From positions 63,515 to 127,514 of the IMG/VR virus record IMGVR_UViG_3300045120_000498: a stretch of 64,000 nt of DNA; one strand, 5' to 3'. The notes below the pieces were generated by a model. It was not told where the DNA came from. It did not search any database and was given only the letters and a program-made list of their open reading frames with translations. Source of the stretch: a virus. The translations under genes were made by a program, and so were the position numbers. Of the stretch, positions 17,737 to 27,708 are shown piece by piece; the stretch's first letter is position 1, and each line of letters starts with the position of its first letter.

Positions 17737-18336
17737 TCACGAATCGGCCTTCCGATCCATCGACAGGTCCGGCACCGGCCCGATCTGCTTGACCACCGCC
17801 GGAGCCAGGATCGCAGGCAGCACGTTGCCCGTACGACGCCGGTCGAGCACCATCGCCTTCACCGCTCGCCGGAACCGGTCATCACGCTCGGGCACCAGGT
17901 TCCGGACGAACGCCCCGGAATCGTCCACGCCACCGGTCGTAGTCATGCCCCAATCACCCCACGACCCAGCCGCCAGCACGACCGCCTCCGCGATGATCGG
18001 ATCGGAGAACTCCGGCATCGGCCGCTGCGTGCCACGGAACTTGCCGACCTCCGCGTACACCTCCGCCAGCCACCGGTTCGCGATCAAGTCCGGGTCAGCA
18101 TCGACGCCGGTGGACTTCGCCGTCCACGCCTCCGCAATCTCCGGCCACGACGGCGGGAACGGCGAGCCACGCCGGAAGAAGTCGTTCACGACCGCCAGTG
18201 CGTGCTCCAGCGTCGCCTCCGGCGGCATCGTCCCAGCGACGACGGCGGCCGACTCGTCCGTCAGCGGATCGACCAGCCGCGGCGGCCACAGCGCCTTGAT
18301 CGCCGCGTATACCTTCACCACGTCGCTCGCCTTCAT
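17737..18336 (-). CDS. Replication accessory protein (G39P-like helicase loader/inhibitor)
   Basis: Follows the initiator; ...FFRRGSPFPPSWPEIAEAW motif. Confidence 0.5.
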   Translation of the reverse strand: MKASDVVKVYAAIKALWPPRLVDPLTDESAAVVAGTMPPEATLEHALAVVNDFFRRGSPFPPSWPEIAEAWTAKSTGVDADPDLIANRWLAEVYAEVGKFRGTQRPMPEFSDPIIAEAVVLAAGSWGDWGMTTTGGVDDSGAFVRNLVPERDDRFRRAVKAMVLDRRRTGNVLPAILAPAVVKQIGPVPDLSMDRKADS

Positions 18337-19169
18337 CGCCCCTCGGCCTCCAGCCGATCCGCCATCGCCACCAGGTCATCGAACGTCTGCACCGACCGCC
18401 GCCCTGCTGGCCGTGAGCCGGTGCCGCTCCACTCCTTCGAGCGAGCGAGCGCGTTCGGGAAGGCGTTCGGTCCGAAGATCACGTTCAGTCGCGGCGCACC
18501 GTCCCACCACGGCGACGCAAGCTCGGCGGCGATCACCGCCCGGTAGTCGGTCATCTCCAGCGTCGGATTGTCGCGAAGGCGGCCTACCACGAGCCGCAGG
18601 TGTTCCCGAGGTTTGAGCGTGACCTTCGTCCCGGCAAGCTCGTTGAACACGGCGACCACCGCCTCAGCTTGCCGGAACTCGTCCGGCGTGACCTTCGCTC
18701 CGAGCACGACCGTGCCGACGCCGACGTGGCCTGTCGGCTTCCGTGCATCTGGGACTAGGGTTGACGGTTCACCTGACGGTTCACCGCTTTCCGGTCGCGC
18801 GCGCGTAGGGCGCTCCTGGAGTTCCCCATTTTCTGCGGCTGGAGTTCCTGATAACGGCGCCGAAGTGGCGGCCCTGGGTTCCTCATTCTCGAAGCCGTAT
18901 AGCGCCAGCACGTCGGCCGTCGGGAAGACGAGGTAGACGTTCCCGCCGCGCCGCCGGTTCCGGATCGCGAGGACGCCTCGCTCGACCAGCTTCGCGAGCA
19001 TCGTGCTGATGTGCCGCTCAGTGCAGTTACAGGCTCGTGCGAGTCGCGACCGGCCGGGGAAGCAGTAGCCGTCGGGGTTCGCCGCGTCGGCCAGCGCGAG
19101 GAGCAGCACCTTCTCGCCGTTCGGCATGTCCGGGAGGTACAGCGCCCGGCCGAATAGCTCCGCGCTCAC
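18333..19169 (-). CDS. Phage replication initiator (N-terminal wHTH, conserved C-terminal domain)
   Basis: EKVLLLALADAANPDGYCFPGRSRLARACNCTERHI...; linker with GGTTCACC direct repeats. Confidence 0.8.
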   Translation of the reverse strand: MSAELFGRALYLPDMPNGEKVLLLALADAANPDGYCFPGRSRLARACNCTERHISTMLAKLVERGVLAIRNRRRGGNVYLVFPTADVLALYGFENEEPRAATSAPLSGTPAAENGELQERPTRARPESGEPSGEPSTLVPDARKPTGHVGVGTVVLGAKVTPDEFRQAEAVVAVFNELAGTKVTLKPREHLRLVVGRLRDNPTLEMTDYRAVIAAELASPWWDGAPRLNVIFGPNAFPNALARSKEWSGTGSRPAGRRSVQTFDDLVAMADRLEAEGR

Positions 19170-19516
19170 GACCGCACCATCTCGTAGCTGCTGCCGGTAG
19201 CCAGGCCGCGCTCCCCTCCCTGCCCCACCGTGACCTCGCCCGCCTTCCGCAGCCGGATCAGTGACCTCCGAACGGCGGCGCGGGTCAGTCCCGTCTCGGC
19301 GGAGATGGCGAGGTGCGTCATCCCAGCAGCGGCACGTTCCGCGTTCGCCGTCAAGAACTCGCGGATGATCCGATCCTTGTCGGGCCGTCCGTTAGTGAGG
19401 TAGCCGCGGTCCGCCCACCGCGCCCGCGCGTCCAGTCGGCTTAGTTCCGCCATCTCCAACCGCAAGCGCGCTAGCTCGCGAATGCGCTCCTCGGCGCGGC
19501 TCCGTACCTGAGCCAT
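19166..19516 (-). CDS. Winged-helix DNA-binding protein
   Basis: MTHLAISAETGLTRAAVRRSLIRLRKAGEV. Confidence 0.65.
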   Translation of the reverse strand: MAQVRSRAEERIRELARLRLEMAELSRLDARARWADRGYLTNGRPDKDRIIREFLTANAERAAAGMTHLAISAETGLTRAAVRRSLIRLRKAGEVTVGQGGERGLATGSSYEMVRS

Positions 19517-19730
19517 AACCAGCCTCCCAGGCATCGCGCACGCCATGTGCTACGCTCACGATGCGTGTATTTGTTTGGCGGCCGGTAGGGGCAGTAACCC
19601 CGATGATCCGGCCGCTTTTCGTTCTAGCAGGACCGCCCCCGCAGCGTCCAACGTGACTTCCCGCACATAGCGGGAACCTCCGCAGCGGCGGACGCGGCCC
19701 AGCACCGCGCCCGCCGCGCGCTCCGGGGGC

Positions 19731-20135
19731 CTAATCCTCCGCCCGACGCACCCGGTGCATCCGCACCTTGTGCCGCCGCTCGGTGCCGTCCACGTAGCCG
19801 TCCTTGCCGAGATGATCGACGAACGCCACCTCCGTCACGATCCCCTCGACCCAGATGCGCACCCGCTCGCCCTTCTCGAACTGGCCCTCCACCGGCAGCG
19901 TCCCGCCCAGCAGCCGCATCGACGCCGACTCCGGCGCCTCGCCGCCCGCATCGAGCGTGATCGACCCGCCGGTGCCGGGAATCGGCATCTGACCCAGCCG
20001 CGTCTCCAAGTCCTCGGCCTGCGCCTCGATGCTCGCCTCCGGATCACCCTCGCCGCCGTTGTCCGGCTGGCCCGGATCGTCCGGCTCGCCTTCGCCGTTG
20101 CCCGTGTCAGGGTCGGCCGTCTCGGCTTTCGCCAT
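19731..20135 (-). CDS. Acidic hypothetical protein with small beta domain
   Basis: MAKAET start with GGAGGG SD. Confidence 0.6.
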   Translation of the reverse strand: MAKAETADPDTGNGEGEPDDPGQPDNGGEGDPEASIEAQAEDLETRLGQMPIPGTGGSITLDAGGEAPESASMRLLGGTLPVEGQFEKGERVRIWVEGIVTEVAFVDHLGKDGYVDGTERRHKVRMHRVRRAED

Positions 20136-20223
20136 GCTGCCCTCCAGTCTCGCGGTCGGTCGATCATTGCCGTTCGCACCGGCGGGACGCAACGACAAAC
20201 CCCGCAGGTAGCGACCGTTTCGT

Positions 20224-20490
20224 TCAGTCCCGCAGCCACTCCAGCGGGATCGGGAAGTCGTCCTCGTGATCCTCGACGCCGACCAACCGACCGTCGAACG
20301 CCGCCTTGAACTCGTGCACCGCCATCGCCTCCCGGTACACCCGCCGCAGCCGCGACGACACGTGCCCGGTCGAGAGCATCAGCGAGTAGTCCGGCAGCCC
20401 CGCGACCATCTCTCGCAACACGACCAGCGCCTCCGCCGAGTACGTCGCCGCGCCGGTCGCGCCCGGCGGCTTCACCCGGTACGTCTTCAC
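20224..20490 (-). CDS. Hypothetical protein (88 aa)
   Basis: Coupled GTG start. Confidence 0.55.
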   Translation of the reverse strand: MKTYRVKPPGATGAATYSAEALVVLREMVAGLPDYSLMLSTGHVSSRLRRVYREAMAVHEFKAAFDGRLVGVEDHEDDFPIPLEWLRD

Positions 20491-20732
20491 GCCCCCTCCA
20501 GGGCAGCGTCGATCCGCTCGCACAGGTCGGCCACCTCGGCGTCCGGCGTGAACCGGCCCGGCAGCACGACGCAGATCACCGTCGCGCCCTCGCGTTCGTA
20601 CACGCCGCGGAACAGCAGCGCCCGAGCCTCGCGTGGCAGATTCGGGTCGTTCCCTGCCATCACCTCCACACCGGGCCGGTGCTGCGACCAGCCCAGGTGA
20701 CCGATGACGATGCGAGCGGACTCGGCCATCAC
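20487..20732 (-). CDS. Hypothetical protein (81 aa)
   Basis: Coupled ORF. Confidence 0.55.
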   Translation of the reverse strand: MMAESARIVIGHLGWSQHRPGVEVMAGNDPNLPREARALLFRGVYEREGATVICVVLPGRFTPDAEVADLCERIDAALEGA

Positions 20733-21433
20733 GCGACCGGCTCCTTCTCAGCCGCCTGCATCCCGAACCCGCGCGTCTCCGCGCACTTGAAGTGGTACGC
20801 AGGCATGTCGAAGCCCGGCGCGATCCCCGACTCCGACCAGCCAAACCGCTCACCGCACGCCGGACACCGCACCTTCCGCCACCGCTGAAGCCGACCCCAC
20901 GGGATCACCTGCACGCTCCAGTGGTGAACGTGCCAGGCGTGCATGTGCCGGAAGACGAACCACCACCACCAGTCGGCCAGCTTGTCCTCGTCGTGATGCG
21001 CCGTAAGCTGCCGCGTCCGCACCGCCCGGCGGCACGAGTCGTCATCGCCGCCCTTGTCAGGATCGACGTGCCACACCGTGACCAGCGGCGGGAAGTAGTA
21101 CCTGCGCCTGCCGAACAGCCAGAAGTGCCACGAGAAGTAGAGCCGCCGCCGCCGCGGGCACGGCGTGAAGCCGCGTCCGAGACAGTCCGGGCACTCGTCG
21201 CCCGGCCCGTACACGTGCCGCACCTGGTAGCTCGGCACCGGATCGCGCACCTTCCCGTCGTCGCAGTGCGCGCACGTGAACCGCGCCGCGCGACAGTTCA
21301 GCGGACCCCACTGCCGGTGCCGGTAGAGCTTCGGCTGCGGACTTCGCTTCTGCTCCGTCCACCGCTTCCCGTTCGGGTTCTTCTGCGGCCACGGCCGTAG
21401 CACGTCGAAGATCACCGTGAGCGGGTCATGCAC
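20729..21433 (-). CDS. Cys-rich protein with DnaJ-like CxxCxGxG zinc motif
   Basis: CAHCDDGK...CPDCLGRG and CPACG motifs. Confidence 0.6.
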   Translation of the reverse strand: MHDPLTVIFDVLRPWPQKNPNGKRWTEQKRSPQPKLYRHRQWGPLNCRAARFTCAHCDDGKVRDPVPSYQVRHVYGPGDECPDCLGRGFTPCPRRRRLYFSWHFWLFGRRRYYFPPLVTVWHVDPDKGGDDDSCRRAVRTRQLTAHHDEDKLADWWWWFVFRHMHAWHVHHWSVQVIPWGRLQRWRKVRCPACGERFGWSESGIAPGFDMPAYHFKCAETRGFGMQAAEKEPVA

Positions 21434-21608
21434 CGCGCACCCCCTGTTCTCTCAGCCACGTGTCGATCCGCTCGCGCAGGTCCTCGTGCCCATGCTGCGG
21501 ATCGAACAACGTCACCTCGCGCGCCTCCCGCAGCAGATCGCGCGCCTCCGCCAGCGCACCCCGAATCTCAACTCCCGGGTCCGGCGCCGCCGTCGCCACC
21601 GCCATCAC
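21426..21608 (-). CDS. Small helical hypothetical protein
   Basis: Coupled ORF. Confidence 0.55.
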   Translation of the reverse strand: MMAVATAAPDPGVEIRGALAEARDLLREAREVTLFDPQHGHEDLRERIDTWLREQGVRGA

Positions 21609-22909
21609 TCAGCGCCCCGCGCGTGCGCCTCCGCCAGCGCCCCCTCCAACGCCGCCAGGATCACCGCATCCTCCTCGTTCGACTTGTCCTTCCGAGGCAC
21701 GTGCTCCACGTACCGCGTCGAGAGCGTCTTCCGGTACAGCCGGTCCGGATTCACCTCGCCCAACGCCAGCGCCGTCTCCAACGCCTCCCGCGTCGGCCGC
21801 TCGACCCGCTCAGACGCCACGTAGCCGTACACCCGCGGCCCCTTCGCATCCCGGATCGGCACCGGCCCATGCACGTCCGACCACGCCTGAAGCGCCGCCC
21901 GCGCCTGCTTCGCGACCGCCGCGCCGACCACCAGTTGCCGCGCCGTCCGCTGCGCATCCACCGCGTCGATGATCTTCCCCTCGCGGCGCAGGTTGATCGG
22001 GATGGGACACGCCTCCGGCCGCAGACAGAACGAGCACCGCTTCCCCGGCGACGGCGGGAACAGCCGCTCCGACCACGACCGGTCGAACCGCTCCACCAGC
22101 GCCGCCATCTCCAACCGCACGTCCTCCAGCGCCTCCCGCGTCAGCGTCGCCTCGCGCGGCTCCGAGTAGCGCGGATAGAACTCGCGCAGCGTCACCCGCT
22201 CGATGCTCGGGTAGTTGTCGAACACCAGCAGCGCGTAGAACCGCTGCTGGAAGTAGCCGCCGAACGACACCTCCGCGGTCGCCGGAAGCGCCCACGTGTC
22301 CTTGAAGTCGATCACGATGGCGTCCCGGTCGCCGTGCTCCGCGAACAGCGCGTCAAGCTGCCCCGTCACCGTCCGAGACACGTAGCCACCGTGGCCGTCC
22401 GGGTAACGCACCGTCGCCGACAGCCGTTCCTCGACCGCCACCAGGTTCGACACGTCCCACTCCGTGTCATGCGCGAACTTCTTGACCACCATGTAGAGGT
22501 CCTTCACCTCGCGCAACGGCAGGTTCATCAGTTGCGACGCGAACTCGTGCCCGCACTCGCGGCACTTCCGGTGCGACCGCGCATCCATCCCCCGCGCGAT
22601 GTCCGTCGAACCGCACACCGGACACTGCCGGTCGGCGTCGTCCTGTCGCAACACGTCATGCAGGATCGCCAGCGCCGCATCGACCGGGATCGACCCCTCC
22701 TTCATCTTCGCCATGTCCAGAAGGCACTGCGCAGCGACCCGGTGGAAGATCGTCCCGCGCGCCTGCGGCGTCGTCGCGCCGATCCGATCCTCCGCCTCCC
22801 ACCGCGCCGACAACGCGCACTCGTCGAAGGCCGACAGCATCGACTGCCGCACACGCGGGAACTTCAGCACCGCCGCCGCGTACGGCCCCAGCCCCTCGGT
22901 CGTCACCAT
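21605..22909 (-). CDS. PD-(D/E)XK (RecB/RecE-like) exonuclease with zinc-ribbon insertion
   Basis: RQSMLSAFDEC...GTIFH...TGQLDALF...IVIDFKDT...QQRFYA...CSFC..PEACP. Confidence 0.85.
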   Translation of the reverse strand: MVTTEGLGPYAAAVLKFPRVRQSMLSAFDECALSARWEAEDRIGATTPQARGTIFHRVAAQCLLDMAKMKEGSIPVDAALAILHDVLRQDDADRQCPVCGSTDIARGMDARSHRKCRECGHEFASQLMNLPLREVKDLYMVVKKFAHDTEWDVSNLVAVEERLSATVRYPDGHGGYVSRTVTGQLDALFAEHGDRDAIVIDFKDTWALPATAEVSFGGYFQQRFYALLVFDNYPSIERVTLREFYPRYSEPREATLTREALEDVRLEMAALVERFDRSWSERLFPPSPGKRCSFCLRPEACPIPINLRREGKIIDAVDAQRTARQLVVGAAVAKQARAALQAWSDVHGPVPIRDAKGPRVYGYVASERVERPTREALETALALGEVNPDRLYRKTLSTRYVEHVPRKDKSNEEDAVILAALEGALAEAHARGAE

Positions 22910-23163
22910 TCCTCCCTCGCTCGGGTAGCGGCCTCGATGTGCTCTCTCGCAACACGGTACGCCCTGTCCTCCCGGACGCCCCGGCGGTAGCGGATCAGCA
23001 CCTCGATCAGCCCCGCCAGCGCCACGCCGGACACGATCAGGAACATCACGTCGAGCGGCACGTAGTTCGTCGCCCAGTCGTACGCCGCCGTCAGCGCAGG
23101 CCACCCCGTCGCGCCGGTCACGAACCCAGCGATCAGCAGCGCGATCACCGCCAACCACCTCAC
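22903..23163 (-). CDS. Small membrane protein (2 TM)
   Basis: Two hydrophobic stretches. Confidence 0.65.
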   Translation of the reverse strand: MRWLAVIALLIAGFVTGATGWPALTAAYDWATNYVPLDVMFLIVSGVALAGLIEVLIRYRRGVREDRAYRVAREHIEAATRAREEW

Positions 23164-24416
23164 GACTCGTCGTCTCCGTTCCCGAAGTTCAACTCGTCCA
23201 TGTCGGCCTGCTCGCGCTGCTCGAACGCCTCCGCCTCGCGGTTCGCGTCCTCGACCGCCTCGTGCTCGGCCGCCAGCTTGTCGTCCTCGGTCGGAAGATT
23301 GACCCCGGCCGCGCGCATCGCGCGCTCCGCGGCCTTACGCACCTCGTCATCCGGTGCATCCTCTACCTGGGCGGCCGCGTCAACCTCACCCTTCGGTTCG
23401 GGCGCGGCCGCCTCTGGCTCCAACGGCGAGCCGTCGTCGTCCACGCCCTCCGGCTGCGGCTCCGACGGCTCGTGCACGTAGCCGTCCTCGTCCAACGATT
23501 CGGCCGGTTCCGTTGCAGCGTCGGCCGACTCGCCAACGTCCGTTGCATCGTCCGGTTCCTCCACCACGTCCGTCACCGTCTCCGCCACCACGCCGCCGTG
23601 CGCCACGATGAACTCGCGAAGCTGCCCCTCTAGCTCCACCAGCCGATCCTCCGACGCGCCCGCCAGTTGCAGCCGTTCCTTCGCAGGCGTCCACGACGAC
23701 GCATCGAACAGCCGCGCCTGGTCATACAGCGACCGCACCCGCTCGACCAACTCCGGCGGCCCCTGCGGCTCCGGCGCGGCGAGCGCCGCCTGCGCCTCCA
23801 TCGACTTCGCCATCTCCTCCTCGGCCACGATCCCGGTGATCGAGAACGCCCGCCGCAGCGCACCCGCCTCCGCGCACTTCAGGATCATCGTGCTCGGCCC
23901 CTTCGACCACTGCGAATGCACCGACGGGCTGTTCGGCTTGAAGTCGCTCATGGCCGCGTAGAAGTACGTCGGCAGCCGACCCGTCCGGTGCACGACGCAG
24001 TACGCCGCCACCGGCGCCCCGCGATCCTGCGTGTAGCTGTGGCTGATCAGCCGCTTGCCTTCCACGCTCTCGACCTGGAACTTGTCGTTCGCGTACACCA
24101 CGTCGGCGTCCATGCCCAGGAAGTCCGGATGCCGCTGCGCGATCTTCAGGAAGCCGTCGCGGCCGACCATGATCATCACCTTGTCGGTACGCGACGAGCC
24201 GTCCTGATTCTTCGGGACGGCGCACCATATCTCCCGCGCGAACGGGTCCAGGTTGTACGTCGCCGCCAATTCCAGGAACATCATCAGTTGCGCCCGCGTC
24301 GCACCCTCCGCGACGGTCGAAGCGATCAGGTTGATCTGCTCCTCCGACCAGTCGCCGCGGCGACGCTCGGTCACCGCGCCGCGCTCGACGCGGGCTAGCG
24401 CCTGCTCACTACTCAT
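23160..24416 (-). CDS. bet: Bet/RecT-family ssDNA annealing protein with long acidic tail
   Basis: EQINLIASTVAEGAT..QLMMFL..A..YNLDPFAREIW...MIMVGRDGFLKIAQRHPDF...MILKCAEAGALRRAF. Confidence 0.9.
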   Translation of the reverse strand: MSSEQALARVERGAVTERRRGDWSEEQINLIASTVAEGATRAQLMMFLELAATYNLDPFAREIWCAVPKNQDGSSRTDKVMIMVGRDGFLKIAQRHPDFLGMDADVVYANDKFQVESVEGKRLISHSYTQDRGAPVAAYCVVHRTGRLPTYFYAAMSDFKPNSPSVHSQWSKGPSTMILKCAEAGALRRAFSITGIVAEEEMAKSMEAQAALAAPEPQGPPELVERVRSLYDQARLFDASSWTPAKERLQLAGASEDRLVELEGQLREFIVAHGGVVAETVTDVVEEPDDATDVGESADAATEPAESLDEDGYVHEPSEPQPEGVDDDGSPLEPEAAAPEPKGEVDAAAQVEDAPDDEVRKAAERAMRAAGVNLPTEDDKLAAEHEAVEDANREAEAFEQREQADMDELNFGNGDDES

Positions 24417-24439
24417 ATCGTGCTCCCTCGGTCAAAGAG

Positions 24440-24611
24440 AACCGTGCACCTCCGATGGTAACGACCCCATCGGACAGACAGGGGACGACTCAGCCGTGTG
24501 CCGTTCCGAGCCGTCCCCCGTCACCGCCGGGCGGGTGCGGACGAAGCCCAGGGAGTCGAGCCAAAACCCGCCTCCCGACCGAGTGGGATTCGCCCGGCCG
24601 CCATGCTATCA
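24440..24611 (-). promoter_or_regulatory. Extended -10 promoter (TGA-TAGCAT) and structured leader of the recombination operon
   Basis: TAGCAT at 24603-24608; inverted repeats 24451-24474, 24481-24518, 24526-24598. Confidence 0.45.
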
Positions 24612-24791
24612 GCCGTCAGCTTCAGCGTCCCGAGCGGGCCTCGTCGGATCGTGCTCGGCGGCGCGCTGCTCGGCGCGCTGCTCCAGGCCCACCGCCACGA
24701 TCCGCTCCAACTCCGCGATCCGCGCCCGCGCCTCCGCCAGCGCGACCGTCTGCCGCCCGATCATCTCGTAGAGCATCGCTTCGTCAGCCAT
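24609..24791 (-). CDS. Small coiled-coil protein (fibre chaperone-like position)
   Basis: Directly after the tail fibre. Confidence 0.6.
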   Translation of the reverse strand: MADEAMLYEMIGRQTVALAEARARIAELERIVAVGLEQRAEQRAAEHDPTRPARDAEADG

Positions 24792-26579
24792 CTACACGTT
24801 CCTCACGTCTATCGTCACGGACGACCTCGACCACGCCGCCACCGCACTGCCGGACCGGTCAGTCCGCATACAGACCAGCAGCATCCCGTCCGTCAGCGCG
24901 GGCATCGCCTGCCAACCGCTGTCGATGACCTGGACTCCGGTGCCCGCCAGCGAGCCAGACGCCCCAACCACGGCAGTCAACGTACCCGCGCCGCCCGTGT
25001 CGGTGATGTTCACGTACCGCAACAAAACCGTCCACGTGCCGTTCGTCGCCACGCTGATCGCCGCCGCAAACTGCCAGCGCCACTGGATCGAGCCACCCAT
25101 CGCATTGATCCCCGACTTCAGCAGCGGAATGCCCATCTGCACGTAGCCGAGGTTCGATTGCGTCCACCCGAAAGACGCATCGGCGCGCATGTCCAGCCCG
25201 TTCGACGTGCTGTCCGTGACAACGCCGCACGACTCGAAGAACGCGAAAATCCGCATCGGGTTCAGCCGCGACGCGCCGCCCGCCGTGTCGTAGATGCCTT
25301 GCGTAAGCTGGTGCCGGTGGTCCGCTCGCGCATACCGCTTCGAGACGCCGACCGCTGCCGCCGAGTCGTCCACCACCACCGGCGCCACCGCCGACGCCTG
25401 ATTGATCACGAACGCCGTCGTCGCCACGTCCACGCTCACCGAGTCCACGGCCATCGTCGGCGCGGTCATCATCCCGGTCGCCGACAGCGTGGCGGCCTGG
25501 AACGACCCGTTCATCACCAGCCCGCCAGGGGCCGACCGCTTGATCGTCGTGTCAGGCAGCGTCGCGCCGCCCGGCCCGAACGCGACCCGCCCGACGCCAG
25601 CCGTATCGACGCCCACCTCTGCCCGCGCCTCGGTGTCGCCCAGCGTGTACGCCCGCATCGCCATCCGCGTCGTCGCGTTCGGCGCGATCACGTCCAGCAT
25701 CCGCGCCGTCCCGGCCACGTCGCCGCGCACCTGGAGGTTGTCGTCCGTGCTCCACGTGTCGGCCGCAGACCGGTACAGGTTCGTGTCCGGCGGCGACGTG
25801 CCGAAGCCCGCCTCGATCATCGGGAAGCCGGTGGCCGTCAGGCCCAGCCGCATCCGTGGCTGCGCGTCGCCCGCCACGAACGCCCGCACCGACCCCGCCG
25901 CGCCCGCCGGTTCGTACAGGTCGATGAACCGCGCCGCGCCCGCCGTATCGCCGCGCACGCCGAGCGAGTCGTCCGTCCGCAGGTCATTCGCCCCGGCCCG
26001 GTACAGGTTCACGTCCTGCGCCGCCGCGCCAGTGCCCATCAGCAGCGTGCCGTCCGCTCGCAACACGACCCGCGGCAGCGCGTCGCCGCGCACCCGGGCC
26101 TGAAGGAACGTCGCCGCCGCCGTGCCGCCGATGAAGTCCTGCCAGTCCGCCGTCCGGATGTCGAGGATCACCCGCGTGATCGACGTGCCGTCCCACTCGA
26201 CCGACCCGATCTGCCTCGACAGCGGCGCCGCAGGCGTGCCGGACGAGCGAATCTCCATCCCGAAGGCGTACACCGTCGAGTCCGACTCCGGCGGCCCCGG
26301 CGCGAAGCTGTTGTCCGTCGCCGTCAGCCACAGCGTGTGCGTCGCCGCGGCGCCGCCCGGGTCGGCCGCCGTGATGTTCCCGACGATGTACCGCCACTTC
26401 GCGCCGACGGCTGCGCACACCTGGCCGTTCCCCGCCGACGCAGCCACCTGCACCGTCGTCGCGTTCACCAGCGACACCCGGAAGTTGGGCGACACGTACG
26501 TGCCGATGAACTCCTGAATCTGATCGACCCACTGCTCCGGGAGCGCGTCCCCGTAGTTCAGGATACGATTTTGCGTCAA
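24792..26579 (-). CDS. Tail fibre protein with internal repeats
   Basis: TTG start (MTQNRILNYGD); repeated RxxxxGDxxxR...D(V/T)NLYRxxA units; last gene of the baseplate block. Confidence 0.7.
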   Translation of the reverse strand: MTQNRILNYGDALPEQWVDQIQEFIGTYVSPNFRVSLVNATTVQVAASAGNGQVCAAVGAKWRYIVGNITAADPGGAAATHTLWLTATDNSFAPGPPESDSTVYAFGMEIRSSGTPAAPLSRQIGSVEWDGTSITRVILDIRTADWQDFIGGTAAATFLQARVRGDALPRVVLRADGTLLMGTGAAAQDVNLYRAGANDLRTDDSLGVRGDTAGAARFIDLYEPAGAAGSVRAFVAGDAQPRMRLGLTATGFPMIEAGFGTSPPDTNLYRSAADTWSTDDNLQVRGDVAGTARMLDVIAPNATTRMAMRAYTLGDTEARAEVGVDTAGVGRVAFGPGGATLPDTTIKRSAPGGLVMNGSFQAATLSATGMMTAPTMAVDSVSVDVATTAFVINQASAVAPVVVDDSAAAVGVSKRYARADHRHQLTQGIYDTAGGASRLNPMRIFAFFESCGVVTDSTSNGLDMRADASFGWTQSNLGYVQMGIPLLKSGINAMGGSIQWRWQFAAAISVATNGTWTVLLRYVNITDTGGAGTLTAVVGASGSLAGTGVQVIDSGWQAMPALTDGMLLVCMRTDRSGSAVAAWSRSSVTIDVRNV

Positions 26580-26581
26580 GG

Positions 26582-27163
26582 TTACCGCCCGCCCTTTCGG
26601 AGGTTGCAGGCTGGATGAGTGACCTGCACGTTGTCGTAGGCGTGAGCACCGCCGAGCGCGAGTGGCACTACGTGATCGAGGTGCCAGCGTGCCGGGTCTG
26701 CGGCCTCGTGGCAGATTCCGCACACACCTCCGTCCCGCTCGAACACGACCGCACGATCCACTCTCTCGACTAGGACCTCCAGCTTCCGCGCTCGCCGCGT
26801 TCCCTGGACGCTGGTATGGAGCGACCGGCGTGCCGCGGCGAACTCGGGGTCGGCATCCATGCGCTCCGCGATGTACCGGCGGCTCGCGTCCGGATGAGCT
26901 TCGCGCCACGCCCGCGAGCGGAGCCGCCGCCGCTCTCGCTGCTCCGGCGTCAGGTTCGCGTTCGCCCGCCGGTGCTGCTCCTTGACGGCCTCCGGATTCG
27001 CCTCTCGCCACGCCTTCGCGGCAGCCTTGACCTGCTCGCGGAACACCGGATCGTTGGCGTACCGTCTCTGCATACTGGCGGCCGACCGCTGGCGGGCCAA
27101 CTCGGGGTGCGCTCGATTCCACGCCACAGCGCGGTCAATATCGCTTTGGCTGCTGGCCGCCAT
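26582..27163 (-). CDS. HNH endonuclease (homing-type)
   Basis: VFERDGGVCGIC...HLDHVVPLALGGAHAYDNVQVTHPACNLRKG. Confidence 0.9.
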   Translation of the reverse strand: MAASSQSDIDRAVAWNRAHPELARQRSAASMQRRYANDPVFREQVKAAAKAWREANPEAVKEQHRRANANLTPEQRERRRLRSRAWREAHPDASRRYIAERMDADPEFAAARRSLHTSVQGTRRARKLEVLVERVDRAVVFERDGGVCGICHEAADPARWHLDHVVPLALGGAHAYDNVQVTHPACNLRKGGR

Positions 27164-27708
27164 CAGATTCGCCCGACCCCAATCGGGCTGACGCCGATGA
27201 TGAAGCCGCCCGCGCCACCGGCGCTGTAGGTGACCACCAGGTCGAGATGCGCCGGGGTGATCTGCCGCGCGAGCGCCAGAATCCCGAGCGCCGTGATGTC
27301 CGTCGAGCCGTACGGGATGATCAGCCGCACCGTGTACGGAGCGTAGTCCTCGGTGTAGTCCCACACGCCCGCGCCGAACGCCTCGTTCAGCGTCGCCACC
27401 CAGTCCGAGCCGGTCGCCGTCGTCCGCTTTCGCCGGTGCGTCGTGATCAGCAACGCCCGCTGATCATCCGTCAGGCCCGGCGGCGCGACCGGCATCCCCA
27501 GGTTGAACTCCCACATCCGCAGGAACGGGTCGGTGACCGTGAACTGCGGGAACCACTGGAGCCGGATGTTCTCGATCAGCGTCTCGACCCGATCAAGCTC
27601 GCGCTGCATCACGTCCAGCAGGCCGCGCACCTGCGGGTCGTCCCGCAGGAAGTGAGGCACGTCATCGACGCGCTCCAGGCCCGTGTCCGTCATCACGCGA
27701 TTCGCCAT
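27163..27708 (-). CDS. Baseplate wedge protein (XkdU/DUF2313, gpI-like)
   Basis: ...FLRMWEFNLGM...RQITPAHL; follows baseplate J. Confidence 0.8.
   Translation of the reverse strand: MANRVMTDTGLERVDDVPHFLRDDPQVRGLLDVMQRELDRVETLIENIRLQWFPQFTVTDPFLRMWEFNLGMPVAPPGLTDDQRALLITTHRRKRTTATGSDWVATLNEAFGAGVWDYTEDYAPYTVRLIIPYGSTDITALGILALARQITPAHLDLVVTYSAGGAGGFIIGVSPIGVGRI

Noticed and set aside
18760-18800. GGTTCACC direct repeats in the initiator linker as origin iterons
   Set aside because: Only two copies, explained by the SGEPS peptide repeat; too weak to call an origin.
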